DNA of 64,000 nucleotides from an uncultured Thermotogae bacterium. GTDB lineage: Bacteria > Bipolaricaulota > Bipolaricaulia > UBA7950 > UBA9294. Position numbers and translations under genes: made by a program. Below the pieces are notes generated by a model. The model saw only the letters and a list, made by a program, of their open reading frames with translations. It was not told where the DNA came from and did no database searches. Position 1 is the first letter of the stretch, and each line of letters opens with the position of its first letter. Location of the stretch: positions 12,728-76,727 of the forward strand of contig CAYXLR010000003.1 in NCBI GenBank assembly GCA_964466035.1, in the 5' to 3' direction. Below, one piece after another: positions 49,768-58,578 of the stretch.

Positions 49768-51016
49768 CCGTTCGATCGACCTCGAGGTCGGTGGGAGCAC
49801 CGCGTGCTACTCCGTGCCAGTCGGGCCGGTCCATCCGGCCCTGAAAGAACCGATCCGGTTCCAGTTCGAGCTCGACGGCGAGCGGATCGTCGGCGTCGAC
49901 ATCAAGCCCGGCTTCGTCCATCGCGGGATCGAGTACATGGGGATGCGGCGGAACCTGATCCAGACGCTGTACCTCGCCGAGAGGATCTGCGGGATCTGCT
50001 CGATCTCGCATCCGCTGGCGTTCACGCAAGCGGTCGAGAACGCCGCGGGGATCGAGGTCCCGCCCCGAGCGCAGTACATCCGAACGATCATCGGGGAGCT
50101 GGAGCGGATCCACTCGCACCTGCTCTGGGCCGGGATCGGCGCGCACGAGCTTGGGTTCGACACGCTGCTGCACCTGGTGTGGAAGGTCCGCGAGAAGGCG
50201 ATGGACCTCCTCGAGCAGCTGACCGGGAACCGCGTCGACTACGCGATCCCGATCTTCGGCGGCGTTCGGCGCGACATCCCGAAGGAGAAGGCGCCGCTCG
50301 CCTACGAGGCGCTCGACTACTACAAGCGTCTGCTGCAGGACCTGATCGACGCGTTCCTTCACGACAAGTCGGTCGAGATGCGAACGCGCAATATCGGGGT
50401 GATGACCTACGATCAGGCGGTCGCGCTATGCGCCGTCGGTCCGACGACCCGCGCGTCCGGCGTGAAGAAGGACGTCCGCGTCGACATGCCGTACCTCGCG
50501 TACGCCGACATGGACCTGCACGCGATCACGCCGGAGGACTACGGGACCGAGCCGATCGGCGACGTGTTCGACAACATCATCGTCCGTCTCCTCGAGGTCG
50601 GCCAGGCGATCGAGATCATCGAGTTCTGCCTCGAGAACCTCCCCGAGGGCGAGCTGACGTCGATCCCGAAGGTCCCCGCGCTCCTCGCCGCGCTGAAGAA
50701 GGCGAGCGGCGAGGGGATCGGGCGTCACGAGGCGCCGCGCGGAGAGGTCTTCCACTACGTGCGGCTCGAGGAGGACGTCGAGGAGATGGCGGTCTGGAAG
50801 GTGAGGGCGCCCACGTACGGGAACTTGATCGGTTGGGTGCCGAAGTTCCTCGGCGACGAGGTGGCCGACATCCCGATCGTCGCGGCGTCGATCGACCCGT
50901 GCATGTGCTGCATGGACCGGGTGCACCTGGTCGACGGTGTCGGAGCGGAGTCCGTGAAGACGAAGACGGAGCTCGTCCGGCTGTCGCGGGAGAAGACAAG
51001 GAGGATCTGCGGATGA
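49760..51016 (+). CDS. mbhL: MbhL: [NiFe] hydrogenase large catalytic subunit (NuoD-like, group 4)
   Basis: L1 motif RICGICSISH and L2 motif DPCMCCMDR (DPCxxCxxR) are both intact. 418 aa. Confidence 0.85.
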   Translation: MNNRSIDLEVGGSTACYSVPVGPVHPALKEPIRFQFELDGERIVGVDIKPGFVHRGIEYMGMRRNLIQTLYLAERICGICSISHPLAFTQAVENAAGIEVPPRAQYIRTIIGELERIHSHLLWAGIGAHELGFDTLLHLVWKVREKAMDLLEQLTGNRVDYAIPIFGGVRRDIPKEKAPLAYEALDYYKRLLQDLIDAFLHDKSVEMRTRNIGVMTYDQAVALCAVGPTTRASGVKKDVRVDMPYLAYADMDLHAITPEDYGTEPIGDVFDNIIVRLLEVGQAIEIIEFCLENLPEGELTSIPKVPALLAALKKASGEGIGRHEAPRGEVFHYVRLEEDVEEMAVWKVRAPTYGNLIGWVPKFLGDEVADIPIVAASIDPCMCCMDRVHLVDGVGAESVKTKTELVRLSREKTRRICG

Positions 51017-52008
51017 GCGCAACCATCGTGCACGCCGTCTGGCAGGGGATCGTGATCCTCTTCGGGGGCGCGCTCCTCGGGATGGTGTACAAAGGGTTCG
51101 ACCGGAAGCTCGCGGCGCAGATGCAGGGCCGGATCGGCCCGCCGCTCAGGCAGCCGTTCTACGACGTCGTCAAGCTGATGGTCAAGGAGAACGTCGTGCC
51201 GGATCACGCGGTGGGGTGGCTGTACAACCTGATGCCGCTCCTGTCGCTCGCCGCCGTCGGGACCCTGCTGTTCTACCTTCCGCTCGGCGGATTCAAGCCG
51301 CTCCTCGGCGGATACGGGGACCTGATCCTGATCCTCTACCTCCTCGCCGTCCCTTCGCTGGCGATGGTCGTCGGCGGGTTCGCCGCCGGCTCGCCGTTCG
51401 CCACCGTCGGCGCGCAGCGCGAGATGGTGATGATGATGGCGTACGAGTTTCCGCTCGCGATCACGTTCCTGTCGATCGCGTGGCGGCTGTCGGTCGTCCT
51501 GCCGGGCCAGCCGATCTTCTCCCTGACGACCCTCGCCGCCAACCCGCTGTGGGGGCTCGTCGGACCGATCGGATTCATCGGGCTGCTGCTACTGTTCCTG
51601 TCGCTGTTCATCGTCACCCCGGCCGAGCTGGCGAAGATCCCGTTCGACATCCCCGAGGCGGAGACGGAGATCGCCGGCGGGCTGCTGGCCGAGTACTCGG
51701 GACGGAACCTGGCGATGTTCTACCTCGGCGACGCGATCAAGATGGTCGCGATGGCGTCGCTGATGGTCGCCCTCTTCTTCCCGTACGGGCTGGCGAACCT
51801 GTTCCACGTCACGGGCGCCTGGGGCGGGCTGATCGACGTCGCCTTCTTCCTGGTGAAGGTGTTCGTCGTGATCTTCGTCGCCGTCATTACTGTGCGGGTC
51901 GGATTCGCCCGGCTGAAGGTCGGCCAGGTGACCCGCCTGTTCTGGCTGCCGGTTACCGGGGTCTCCCTTCTCGGGATGCTCCTGCTGGCGCTCGATCGAT
52001 TCGTCTAG
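51013..52008 (+). CDS. mbhM: MbhM (NuoH-like membrane subunit)
   Basis: NuoH/HycD family with eight TM helices. Confidence 0.8.
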   Translation: MSATIVHAVWQGIVILFGGALLGMVYKGFDRKLAAQMQGRIGPPLRQPFYDVVKLMVKENVVPDHAVGWLYNLMPLLSLAAVGTLLFYLPLGGFKPLLGGYGDLILILYLLAVPSLAMVVGGFAAGSPFATVGAQREMVMMMAYEFPLAITFLSIAWRLSVVLPGQPIFSLTTLAANPLWGLVGPIGFIGLLLLFLSLFIVTPAELAKIPFDIPEAETEIAGGLLAEYSGRNLAMFYLGDAIKMVAMASLMVALFFPYGLANLFHVTGAWGGLIDVAFFLVKVFVVIFVAVITVRVGFARLKVGQVTRLFWLPVTGVSLLGMLLLALDRFV

Positions 52009-52017
52009 GAGGAACCG

Positions 52018-52421
52018 TGATCTTCGGAACGCTCATGAAGCAGCTGTTCAGCAAACCGGCGACGAACCCGTTCCCGGTCAAGTACATGCCGCGTTCGGTC
52101 ACCGCCATGTTGAAGAAGGTCGCCATCGGCCAGGCGACGATCCATCCGCCGATCCCGACGCCGAAGGACCTGCGGGGGAAGATCGCCTACGACCGGGAGA
52201 CGTGCATCGGGTGCGGGCTGTGCGCGCGCGTCTGCCCGGCGCGCGTGATCGAGCTGTACAAGCCGGAGGGGGAAGAGAAGAACAAGATCCGAATGTACGT
52301 CGCCCGCTGCACGTTCTGCGCGCAGTGCGTCGACGTCTGTCCGGTCAACGCCCTTCAGACGACCGAGGAGTTTCTCCTCGCCGACACCGATCGCTTCTCG
52401 GAGAACCTGATCGTACAGTGA
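52018..52421 (+). CDS. mbhN: MbhN (NuoI-like 2x[4Fe-4S] ferredoxin subunit)
   Basis: CIGCGLCARVCP and CTFCAQCVDVCP. GTG start with AGGAGG RBS. Confidence 0.8.
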
Positions 52422-52424
52422 TTC

Positions 52425-52490
52425 GCTGAAGGCCTGCCTTCAGCAAGGAAGAGAGACATGGGCGGGCGCCACCCGGCGCCCGTCCTTTCG
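52425..52490 (+). terminator. Two hairpins after mbhN; the second (GGGCGGGCGCC-ACCC-GGCGCCCGTCC) is followed by TTTCG
   Basis: Seen directly after the operon stop. Confidence 0.4.
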
Positions 52491-52519
52491 CAACTCGCAG
52501 GATGGCCTCAGTCGATTCC

Positions 52520-53893
52520 CTAGTGCCCGACGGAGGCGTCAGGCTCGCCCGACTGGTCACTGCCGGAACCTCCTTCATCTGCAGTCTGGTCGTCTTTGGT
52601 GTCTGACGAGCCTGCTTTCGCGATTGCATCGGCGAGGCGCCCTAGGGCTTCCCGCATGCTCTGGGGCTTCTCACGCTTGGATTTCCTATCCTTTGCCTTG
52701 GTCTCTCGTTCTTTGCTCTCGTTCCAGAGGTTCAGCAGGATTTGCCTAGTGTCTAGGATGTGTGAGTTCGCTTCGCAATAGTACTCATTCCTCCTAACGG
52801 AGAGGCTGAAGAACAACGCGCCAGGTATCAACGCGACAACGAACACCGAAGACGCATGCTGGATCCCTTGCACGATGAACGCCGGCCACGCCACGGGTAC
52901 CATAGTACCGCTGGGAGCGGTCACACCGACGCTGAGGGCATAGTAGAGGGCAATGGGCAGTGATACAGGACTCGATGCATGGAATGCGCTCTTCGCCTCC
53001 CACATTGCGTAGTACGAGAACCCGAACCCCAGTGAGAGGACAAGGAACAGCGTAGCCAGCCCGGCGAGCGATACTGGGATGCAAAGGTGTCGGACCGCAC
53101 GTGACACGCCGGATTCGTGGTTCTCATCAAGAAGCGATTTCGCAAGCCATCTTCCGGCTGTCTCGATCTTGCTCCGGGTCTCCTGCTCACTAATCTCAAG
53201 CTGCACATTCGCTGCAGCCCAAAGCCGAATTGCATGAAGCGAGGTTCTGAGAAGGAGGCCTGGCAAGACAAACGGGTCCATCGCCCAGCGCAACCCGACG
53301 ATCGTCACCAACGGGATACCCACTCCCAGTGCTGCCCACGCAAGGGGCCACAATGCCGCCTTGCTGCCCAAGAGCGAGATAGCCAGCAGTATTGCTCCAT
53401 ACACAAGAGCAAGCAGCCAGACGAAGAGACGGCTTCGTGTAGCTTGGCGAGCACCGGTAAACGCTGTTCGAAACAACGTTAGGATCGTGTTGGAAGCGTC
53501 GTAGACCATCACACTCGGGAACCCAACGAAGTAGTAGAACGGCAGAGAGAGTGGGAAGGATGCAACGAGGATCCGAGGTTTCCCGAGGAGAAGCCCCACA
53601 ATGGGAAGAAGGGCAAGCACCCACACGTGCTTCAGCCAATCGAGTTCTGTCTGTCTTCCCTGTACTGCAAGGAGCCAAAACCAGAAGGCGAGGGCCGGAA
53701 TCCTCCAGAAGACGACCTTCTTGATCAAGCCAACTGCGCGCTTGCTGGCTTTGCGGACTCGCTCTCGCACTGAGGGTCTATCTGTCATATCCTTGAGATT
53801 GTAGTCTACATATGACGCTGTGTCTGATCCAAGGATTGACTCCTCCCTCCTCTTTGCGTTTGTCGAAGCAGCAACTCGATTGCGAAGTCTCAA
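52520..53893 (-). CDS. Hypothetical polytopic membrane protein (457 aa) in a low-GC island
   Basis: At least ten hydrophobic helices and a charged, low-complexity C-terminal tail (KERETKAKDRKSKREK...). GC about 55 % against about 70 % background. Confidence 0.5.
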   Translation of the reverse strand: MRLRNRVAASTNAKRREESILGSDTASYVDYNLKDMTDRPSVRERVRKASKRAVGLIKKVVFWRIPALAFWFWLLAVQGRQTELDWLKHVWVLALLPIVGLLLGKPRILVASFPLSLPFYYFVGFPSVMVYDASNTILTLFRTAFTGARQATRSRLFVWLLALVYGAILLAISLLGSKAALWPLAWAALGVGIPLVTIVGLRWAMDPFVLPGLLLRTSLHAIRLWAAANVQLEISEQETRSKIETAGRWLAKSLLDENHESGVSRAVRHLCIPVSLAGLATLFLVLSLGFGFSYYAMWEAKSAFHASSPVSLPIALYYALSVGVTAPSGTMVPVAWPAFIVQGIQHASSVFVVALIPGALFFSLSVRRNEYYCEANSHILDTRQILLNLWNESKERETKAKDRKSKREKPQSMREALGRLADAIAKAGSSDTKDDQTADEGGSGSDQSGEPDASVGH

Positions 53894-53976
53894 GCTCGGC
53901 GAATCGGAGAACCCTTACCGCATTCATCGGACACACGGAAGCTGTGCCACAGCGTGAGGCCCTTCGAGGTCCCGGC

Positions 53977-54690
53977 GGCGATTCTTACAGCTCGTCCGGG
54001 GCACGGACGTCCAGCCAGGCGCGCAACTTCCCTGCTAGGCTGGTCGCTGCATCGATCGCATCGGCGACGTCCGAATCCGTCACGGGTGCGGCGTCGTAGA
54101 TGTCGTTGTGTCTCTCTCCTGACAGACTGAGGAAGTAGTCGATGTCTTCGGCTTCCGCACCCAGTGTGTCGGCCAAGGCTTCCAGCGCGACTTGGTGGTG
54201 CCTTCGCGCGGAGTTCCGGGGACACAATACCTAACCCGCGTGAGGGCTCTCGCTCTTCCTTGAACTACGTGCCCTAACCCGACTGCATCGTCAGCGGCGA
54301 TTCTTACAGCTCGTCCGGGGCACGGACGTCCAGCCAGGCGCGCAACTTCCCTGCTAGCCGAGTTCCGGGGACACAGTACCTAACCCGCGTGAGGGCTCTC
54401 GCTCTTCCTTGAACTACGTGCCCTAACCCGACTGCATCGTCAGCGGCGATTCTTACAGCTCGTCCGGGGCACGGACGTCCAGCCAGGCGCGCAACTTCCC
54501 TGCTAGGCTGGTCGCTGCATCGATCGCATCGGCGACGTCCGAATCCGTCACGGGTGCGGCGTCGTAGATGTCGTTGTGTCTCTCTCCTGACAGACTGAGG
54601 AAGTAGTCGATGTCTTCGGCTTCCGCACCCAGTGTGTCGGCCAAGGCTTCCAGCGCGACTTGGTGGTGCCTTCGCGAGCTGGTCACGCGA
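53977..54690. repeat. Tandem segmental duplication: A-B-C-A-C'-A-B arrangement of the HEPN 3' end (A about 63 nt, B about 170 nt) and a downstream element C (about 87 nt)
   Basis: Exact or near-exact copies: B at 54038-54208 and 54508-54677. A at 53977, 54294 and 54444. C at 54209 and 54357. Confidence 0.7.
53985..54227 (-). pseudogene. Truncated duplicate of the HEPN toxin C-terminus
   Basis: The 80-aa ORF is identical to the C-terminal 70 aa of the full HEPN gene and is produced by the tandem duplication. Confidence 0.5.
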
Positions 54691-54890
54691 TAGCCCTCAA
54701 CCCGGAGGGCAATCCGGGCGCTACTGAGAATGGCGCAGTATGCCTGTTCGAGCCGGGTCCTGTTGGGATTGGCTTCGAGGTTGGCAGCTTGAAGCCTCTC
54801 CTCGATCGCCCCCAGATGGCGGGCGACCTCGCCTGACGTGAGTGCCTCACGCGAGAGCTCACCGCTCAACTCCATGTCCTGCAGGCTCAT
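54453..54890 (-). CDS. HEPN-domain protein (toxin of a HEPN/MNT type II TA pair)
   Basis: 145 aa. R-x6-H-like motif (RVTSSRRHH). Overlaps the upstream MNT gene by about 30 nt. Confidence 0.55.
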   Translation of the reverse strand: MSLQDMELSGELSREALTSGEVARHLGAIEERLQAANLEANPNRTRLEQAYCAILSSARIALRVEGYRVTSSRRHHQVALEALADTLGAEAEDIDYFLSLSGERHNDIYDAAPVTDSDVADAIDAATSLAGKLRAWLDVRAPDEL

Positions 54891-55476
54891 GGCCCGAGTC
54901 TACGTACAGATCGATCCGTTTGCCATGGTGTACCCTTGACACAAAGGAGTCGCTGTCTTGGAGCGCCTGGCCGTACTCGGCGGGCTGGTAGAACATCGCG
55001 TTGATGTCGCGCTGTAGCACCCTCTCGGTCCTCCGTATCGCCGTACTGAGTTCCCTTCTCGTAGCTAGGCCGACGACCATCAGGTCTACATCGCTGTCAG
55101 CTCGCTGCTCTCCACGCGCGTGACTACCGAAGACATAGGCGAGCTCAATCCCGCCGGCAAACGGCTTGAGCATGTCCTTCAGGACATCTGCAAGCCCCAC
55201 GGTCTTTCTCACAATGCCTTGAAGGTCTTCGTAGATCGGGCATTCGGGATCGAACCTGTAGACCACTACGTTGCCAACCCGTGTTGGGGCGATGATTCCG
55301 GCATCGCGAAGGGCATGAAGCTCGCGAATGAGCTGCCGGCTGTTGATTCCGGTCGTTCTCTCGAGTTCTCGCAGGTATACGCCTTCTGGCTTCCTGAAAA
55401 GCTCGCCGAACACGGTGCTGCGTGTTCTCGAGAAGAGGGTATCGGCAAGTGATTTTGTAGACATATCTGTCTTCAA
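54859..55476 (-). CDS. Nucleotidyltransferase (MNT, minimal Pol-beta NTase) with N-terminal winged-helix; antitoxin partner
   Basis: GSHARGEQRADSDVDLMVV NTase motif (GS...DxD). The N-terminal wHTH resembles ArsR/MarR. Confidence 0.65.
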   Translation of the reverse strand: MKTDMSTKSLADTLFSRTRSTVFGELFRKPEGVYLRELERTTGINSRQLIRELHALRDAGIIAPTRVGNVVVYRFDPECPIYEDLQGIVRKTVGLADVLKDMLKPFAGGIELAYVFGSHARGEQRADSDVDLMVVGLATRRELSTAIRRTERVLQRDINAMFYQPAEYGQALQDSDSFVSRVHHGKRIDLYVDSGHEPAGHGVER

Positions 55477-55833
55477 TTGTAGACAGATATGTCTTCAATG
55501 TCAAGCGGCCAGCACCCCGCCGAAGCCGAATGGCCGTGAGCCGGGCGGAGTTCCAGGGACACAGGCGGCTTGTGCCAAGTCGCTTGCTTCGTGGGTCAGA
55601 TCTCTACTTCTGAATTCTGATCGAAGGCGCAACAACGATTCCAAGGTCCTCTCCGCCCGACCTGGACGAGGACCAGAAGATCGAGTGGGATAACAGGATC
55701 CTGGGACTCGGCCTCCGCCGGGCTGGCGGAATCGGCGGCCGGGATTCAAGATACGGCTCAGAGGAAACATGAAGCGTCAAGTGACGGCTGCGGCCGGTCC
55801 GGTGGAGGCAGCGAGATTCAAGAAGGGAGACGG

Positions 55834-56346
55834 ATGGACAACGAGAAGATTTCGTTTCGCGCGATCCGTTTCATGCACGAGACCCTGTACGGGCTGTTCC
55901 GAGACGCCGAGCGCCCGTTGCGCGATGCAGGCCTGAAACCGGGGATGCAGGTTCTCGAGGTCGGCTGCGGACCGGGCTTCTTCACCCTGCCGGCGGCGCG
56001 GATCGTGGGCGAAACCGGCTCGGTCTTCGCCATCGACCTGAACCGGCACGCGGTCGAACACGTGCGGCGGAAGATCGCGCAGGCTCGGGCGACGAACGTC
56101 CAGGTCGCGCGGGCCGACGCGTCGTCGACGGACTTCACCGATGGCTCCTTCGATCTCGCGTTTCTCTTCGGCTTGCGCAGAACTGTCGGCGGCATCGCCG
56201 CGGTTCTGGATGAGATGCACCGCGTCCTTCGCCCCGACGGTCTCCTGGCAACCGAGGGTCCGCTCGTCCCCTCGGAGGCCCCGTTCCTCTTGCACGCGAG
56301 CAAGGGGCGCATCCGGCTGTACGAGAAGGCGTCCGTCGAGTTGTAG
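55834..56346 (+). CDS. Class I SAM-dependent methyltransferase
   Basis: VLEVGCGPGFFT motif I and DLAFLFG post-II motif. 170 aa. Confidence 0.65.
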   Translation: MDNEKISFRAIRFMHETLYGLFRDAERPLRDAGLKPGMQVLEVGCGPGFFTLPAARIVGETGSVFAIDLNRHAVEHVRRKIAQARATNVQVARADASSTDFTDGSFDLAFLFGLRRTVGGIAAVLDEMHRVLRPDGLLATEGPLVPSEAPFLLHASKGRIRLYEKASVEL

Positions 56347-56390
56347 CGTCGTAGCGTCGTGGTCCTCTTCGAGGATCGGGGGACGCAAAC

Positions 56391-56480
56391 TGCTGATCTG
56401 ACGTTCTCCGCGCCCTCTGCGTTTGAGCTTGTGCGGTTCCTAGACGATCTCGACGAACGACCGCTTGCCGACCTGGACGA
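56391..56480. repeat. About 90-bp direct repeat, copy 1 (copy 2 at about 57310-57400 is the genuine 3' end and downstream of tyrS)
   Basis: About 85 % identity. Copy 1 encodes ...[15 protein letters not shown]-stop; the tyrS C-terminus reads ...[15 protein letters not shown]-stop. Confidence 0.6.
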
Positions 56481-56587
56481 GAACCGGCGTCGACCAGGGA
56501 ATCGGAGTCGTGTCGAGCGTCCAGGTGTCGTAGACATCGCGGTCATCCCACCTCGATGAAAGAACGGACATCGTCCATACTTGGTGC

Positions 56588-57256
56588 ATGCGCGCGCATC
56601 GTTTCCGGCTCATCGGGCTCCTCCTGATCCTCGCCTTCGTCGGCATCGGGACCTGTCTCCTGTCCGGATGCGGCGACGCTGCATCCGGCCGCGTCCTCGT
56701 CGTGCTCGACGCCGGCCACGGCGGCCGGGATCCGGGCGCCGTCTGTGACGGCGTGAAAGAGGCCGACGTCAATCTCGCGATCACGGAACGCGTCGCGTCC
56801 CTGATCGAGGCCGACGACCGGCTCGACGTCGAGAGAACGCGAACGCTCGACATCTACCTAACGCTGGAGGATCGGATCGCCGTCGCCAACGACGCGAGCG
56901 CGACGCTCTATCTCTCGATCCAGAGCAACGCGTGCGAGTATCCCGACGCCGCGGGCGTCGTGACGCTGGTCTCCGACACGCTCGAGGCCGGGGCCCCGAG
57001 CTGGCAGTTCGCCGAGATCCTGCAGGACGCGGTGACCGACGCGACCGGCGCGCGCGACCGGGGCGTCCGCGCGCAGGACCTGTATCTCCATCGCGCCGAG
57101 ATGCCGGCCGCCCTGATCGAGGTCGGCTTCCTGACCAACGACGGAGAGCGGACGCAGCTCGCCGATCCCGACTACCAGCAGACGATCGCGCAGGGGATCT
57201 ACGAAGGGATCGTCGCCTACCTCGAGTACGCCGACCTGTCGTTCGCTGAGCCCTAG
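56588..57256 (+). CDS. N-acetylmuramoyl-L-alanine amidase (Amidase_3 family) lipoprotein
   Basis: Lipobox LLSGC. VVLDAGHGGRDPGA and ...LSIQSNA... Amidase_3 motifs. Confidence 0.8.
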   Translation: MRAHRFRLIGLLLILAFVGIGTCLLSGCGDAASGRVLVVLDAGHGGRDPGAVCDGVKEADVNLAITERVASLIEADDRLDVERTRTLDIYLTLEDRIAVANDASATLYLSIQSNACEYPDAAGVVTLVSDTLEAGAPSWQFAEILQDAVTDATGARDRGVRAQDLYLHRAEMPAALIEVGFLTNDGERTQLADPDYQQTIAQGIYEGIVAYLEYADLSFAEP

Positions 57257-57368
57257 CCGCCCGACTGCAAACCCTCCTCTACCGCGAGGAGTCGGGGGTG
57301 AAAGACTATACCTCCGCCGTTCTCTGCGCTCCTCCGCGCCCTCTGCGCTTGAGCTTGTGGTGTTTTTT

Positions 57369-58578
57369 CTAGACCAGCTCGACGAACGACCGCTTGCCGA
57401 CCTGGACGAGGACCGGCGGGTCGAACGGCACGTCGAGGTCCTGGGAGTCGACCTTCTCTTCGTTGACCTGGACGCCGCCTTGCTGGATCAGCCGCTTCGC
57501 CTCGCCGCGGCTCGTCACCAGGCCGGACGCCTGGAGGAGATCGATGATCCAGACCGTCCCGTCGCCCTTGAGGAGCGAGCGGTCGAGCTCGACCTGCGGA
57601 ACGTCCGTCGGCCGCTCGTGGTGAACGTGGATCCGATCGAACTCATTCTCTGCTAACCCCGCTGCATCGGGGCTGTGATACATCGCAACGATCTCCCGCG
57701 CGAGGCGCCGCTTCGCGTCCCGTGGTGCGTCCGCGATCGACCGCTCCAGATCCTCGTCGAACTCGGCGTCGGTCAGCCAGTCGAAGTACGGACGGATCAG
57801 AGCGTCCGGGATCGAGAGAAGCTTTCCGTAGATTTCGTTCGGCTCCTCGCTGATCCCGACGTAGTTCCCGGTCGTCTGGCTCATCGCCCGTTCTCCGTCG
57901 AGGCCGATCAGCAGCGGAACGGTCATCACGACCTGCGGCTCTTGCCCGTACTCCCGCTGGATGTCGCGGCCGACGAGCAGGTTGAACAGCTGGTCGGAGC
58001 CTCCGAGCTCGACGTCGGCCTCGATCGCCACCGAGTCGTACGCCTGCGCCAGCGGGTAGAGGAACTCGAGGACGGAGATCGGCTGCCCGTCCGCGTACCG
58101 AACGGAGAAGTCGTCGCGCTCGAGCATCCGAGCAACGGTGTACTTCGCCGTCAGGTGGACCACGTCGGCGAACGACAGCTTTCCCAGCCACTCGGAGTTG
58201 TAGCGGAACTCAGTCCGGTCCGGATCGAGGATCATGAACACCTGGTCCCGGTACGTCTCCATGTTCCGCTCGATCTCCTCGGCGGTCATCAGCGCCCGAG
58301 TCGACGACTGGCCGGACGGGTCTCCGATTCTCCTCGTGAAGTCGCCGACGACGAGGACGCCGACGTGGCCGAGGTCCTGGAACTGCCGCATCTTCCGCAG
58401 CGGGACGGAGTGGCCGAGGGTCAGGTGCGGGGCGGAGGGGTCGATCCCAAGCTTGATCCGAAGCGGCTTTCCGGTCTCCTCCGATCGGCGCAGCTTGCCG
58501 ATCAGGCCCTCCCGCGGAATCAGATGTTCGGTCCCGTGCGCCAGATCGTCTGCCAGCGAGGCGAAGCGATCGCTCATG
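57369..58578 (-). CDS. tyrS: Tyrosine--tRNA ligase
   Basis: HIGH-like motif ([10 protein letters not shown]), KMSKS-like motif (AMSQTTG) and a C-terminal S4 domain. 402 aa. The start overlaps the gyrA stop by 5 nt. Confidence 0.9.

Noticed and set aside
53977-54700. Possible CRISPR array because of the repeated units
   Set aside because: The units are 63-170 nt long, they abut each other without unique spacers of constant length, and they are copies of a protein-coding 3' end. This is a tandem segmental duplication and not a CRISPR array.
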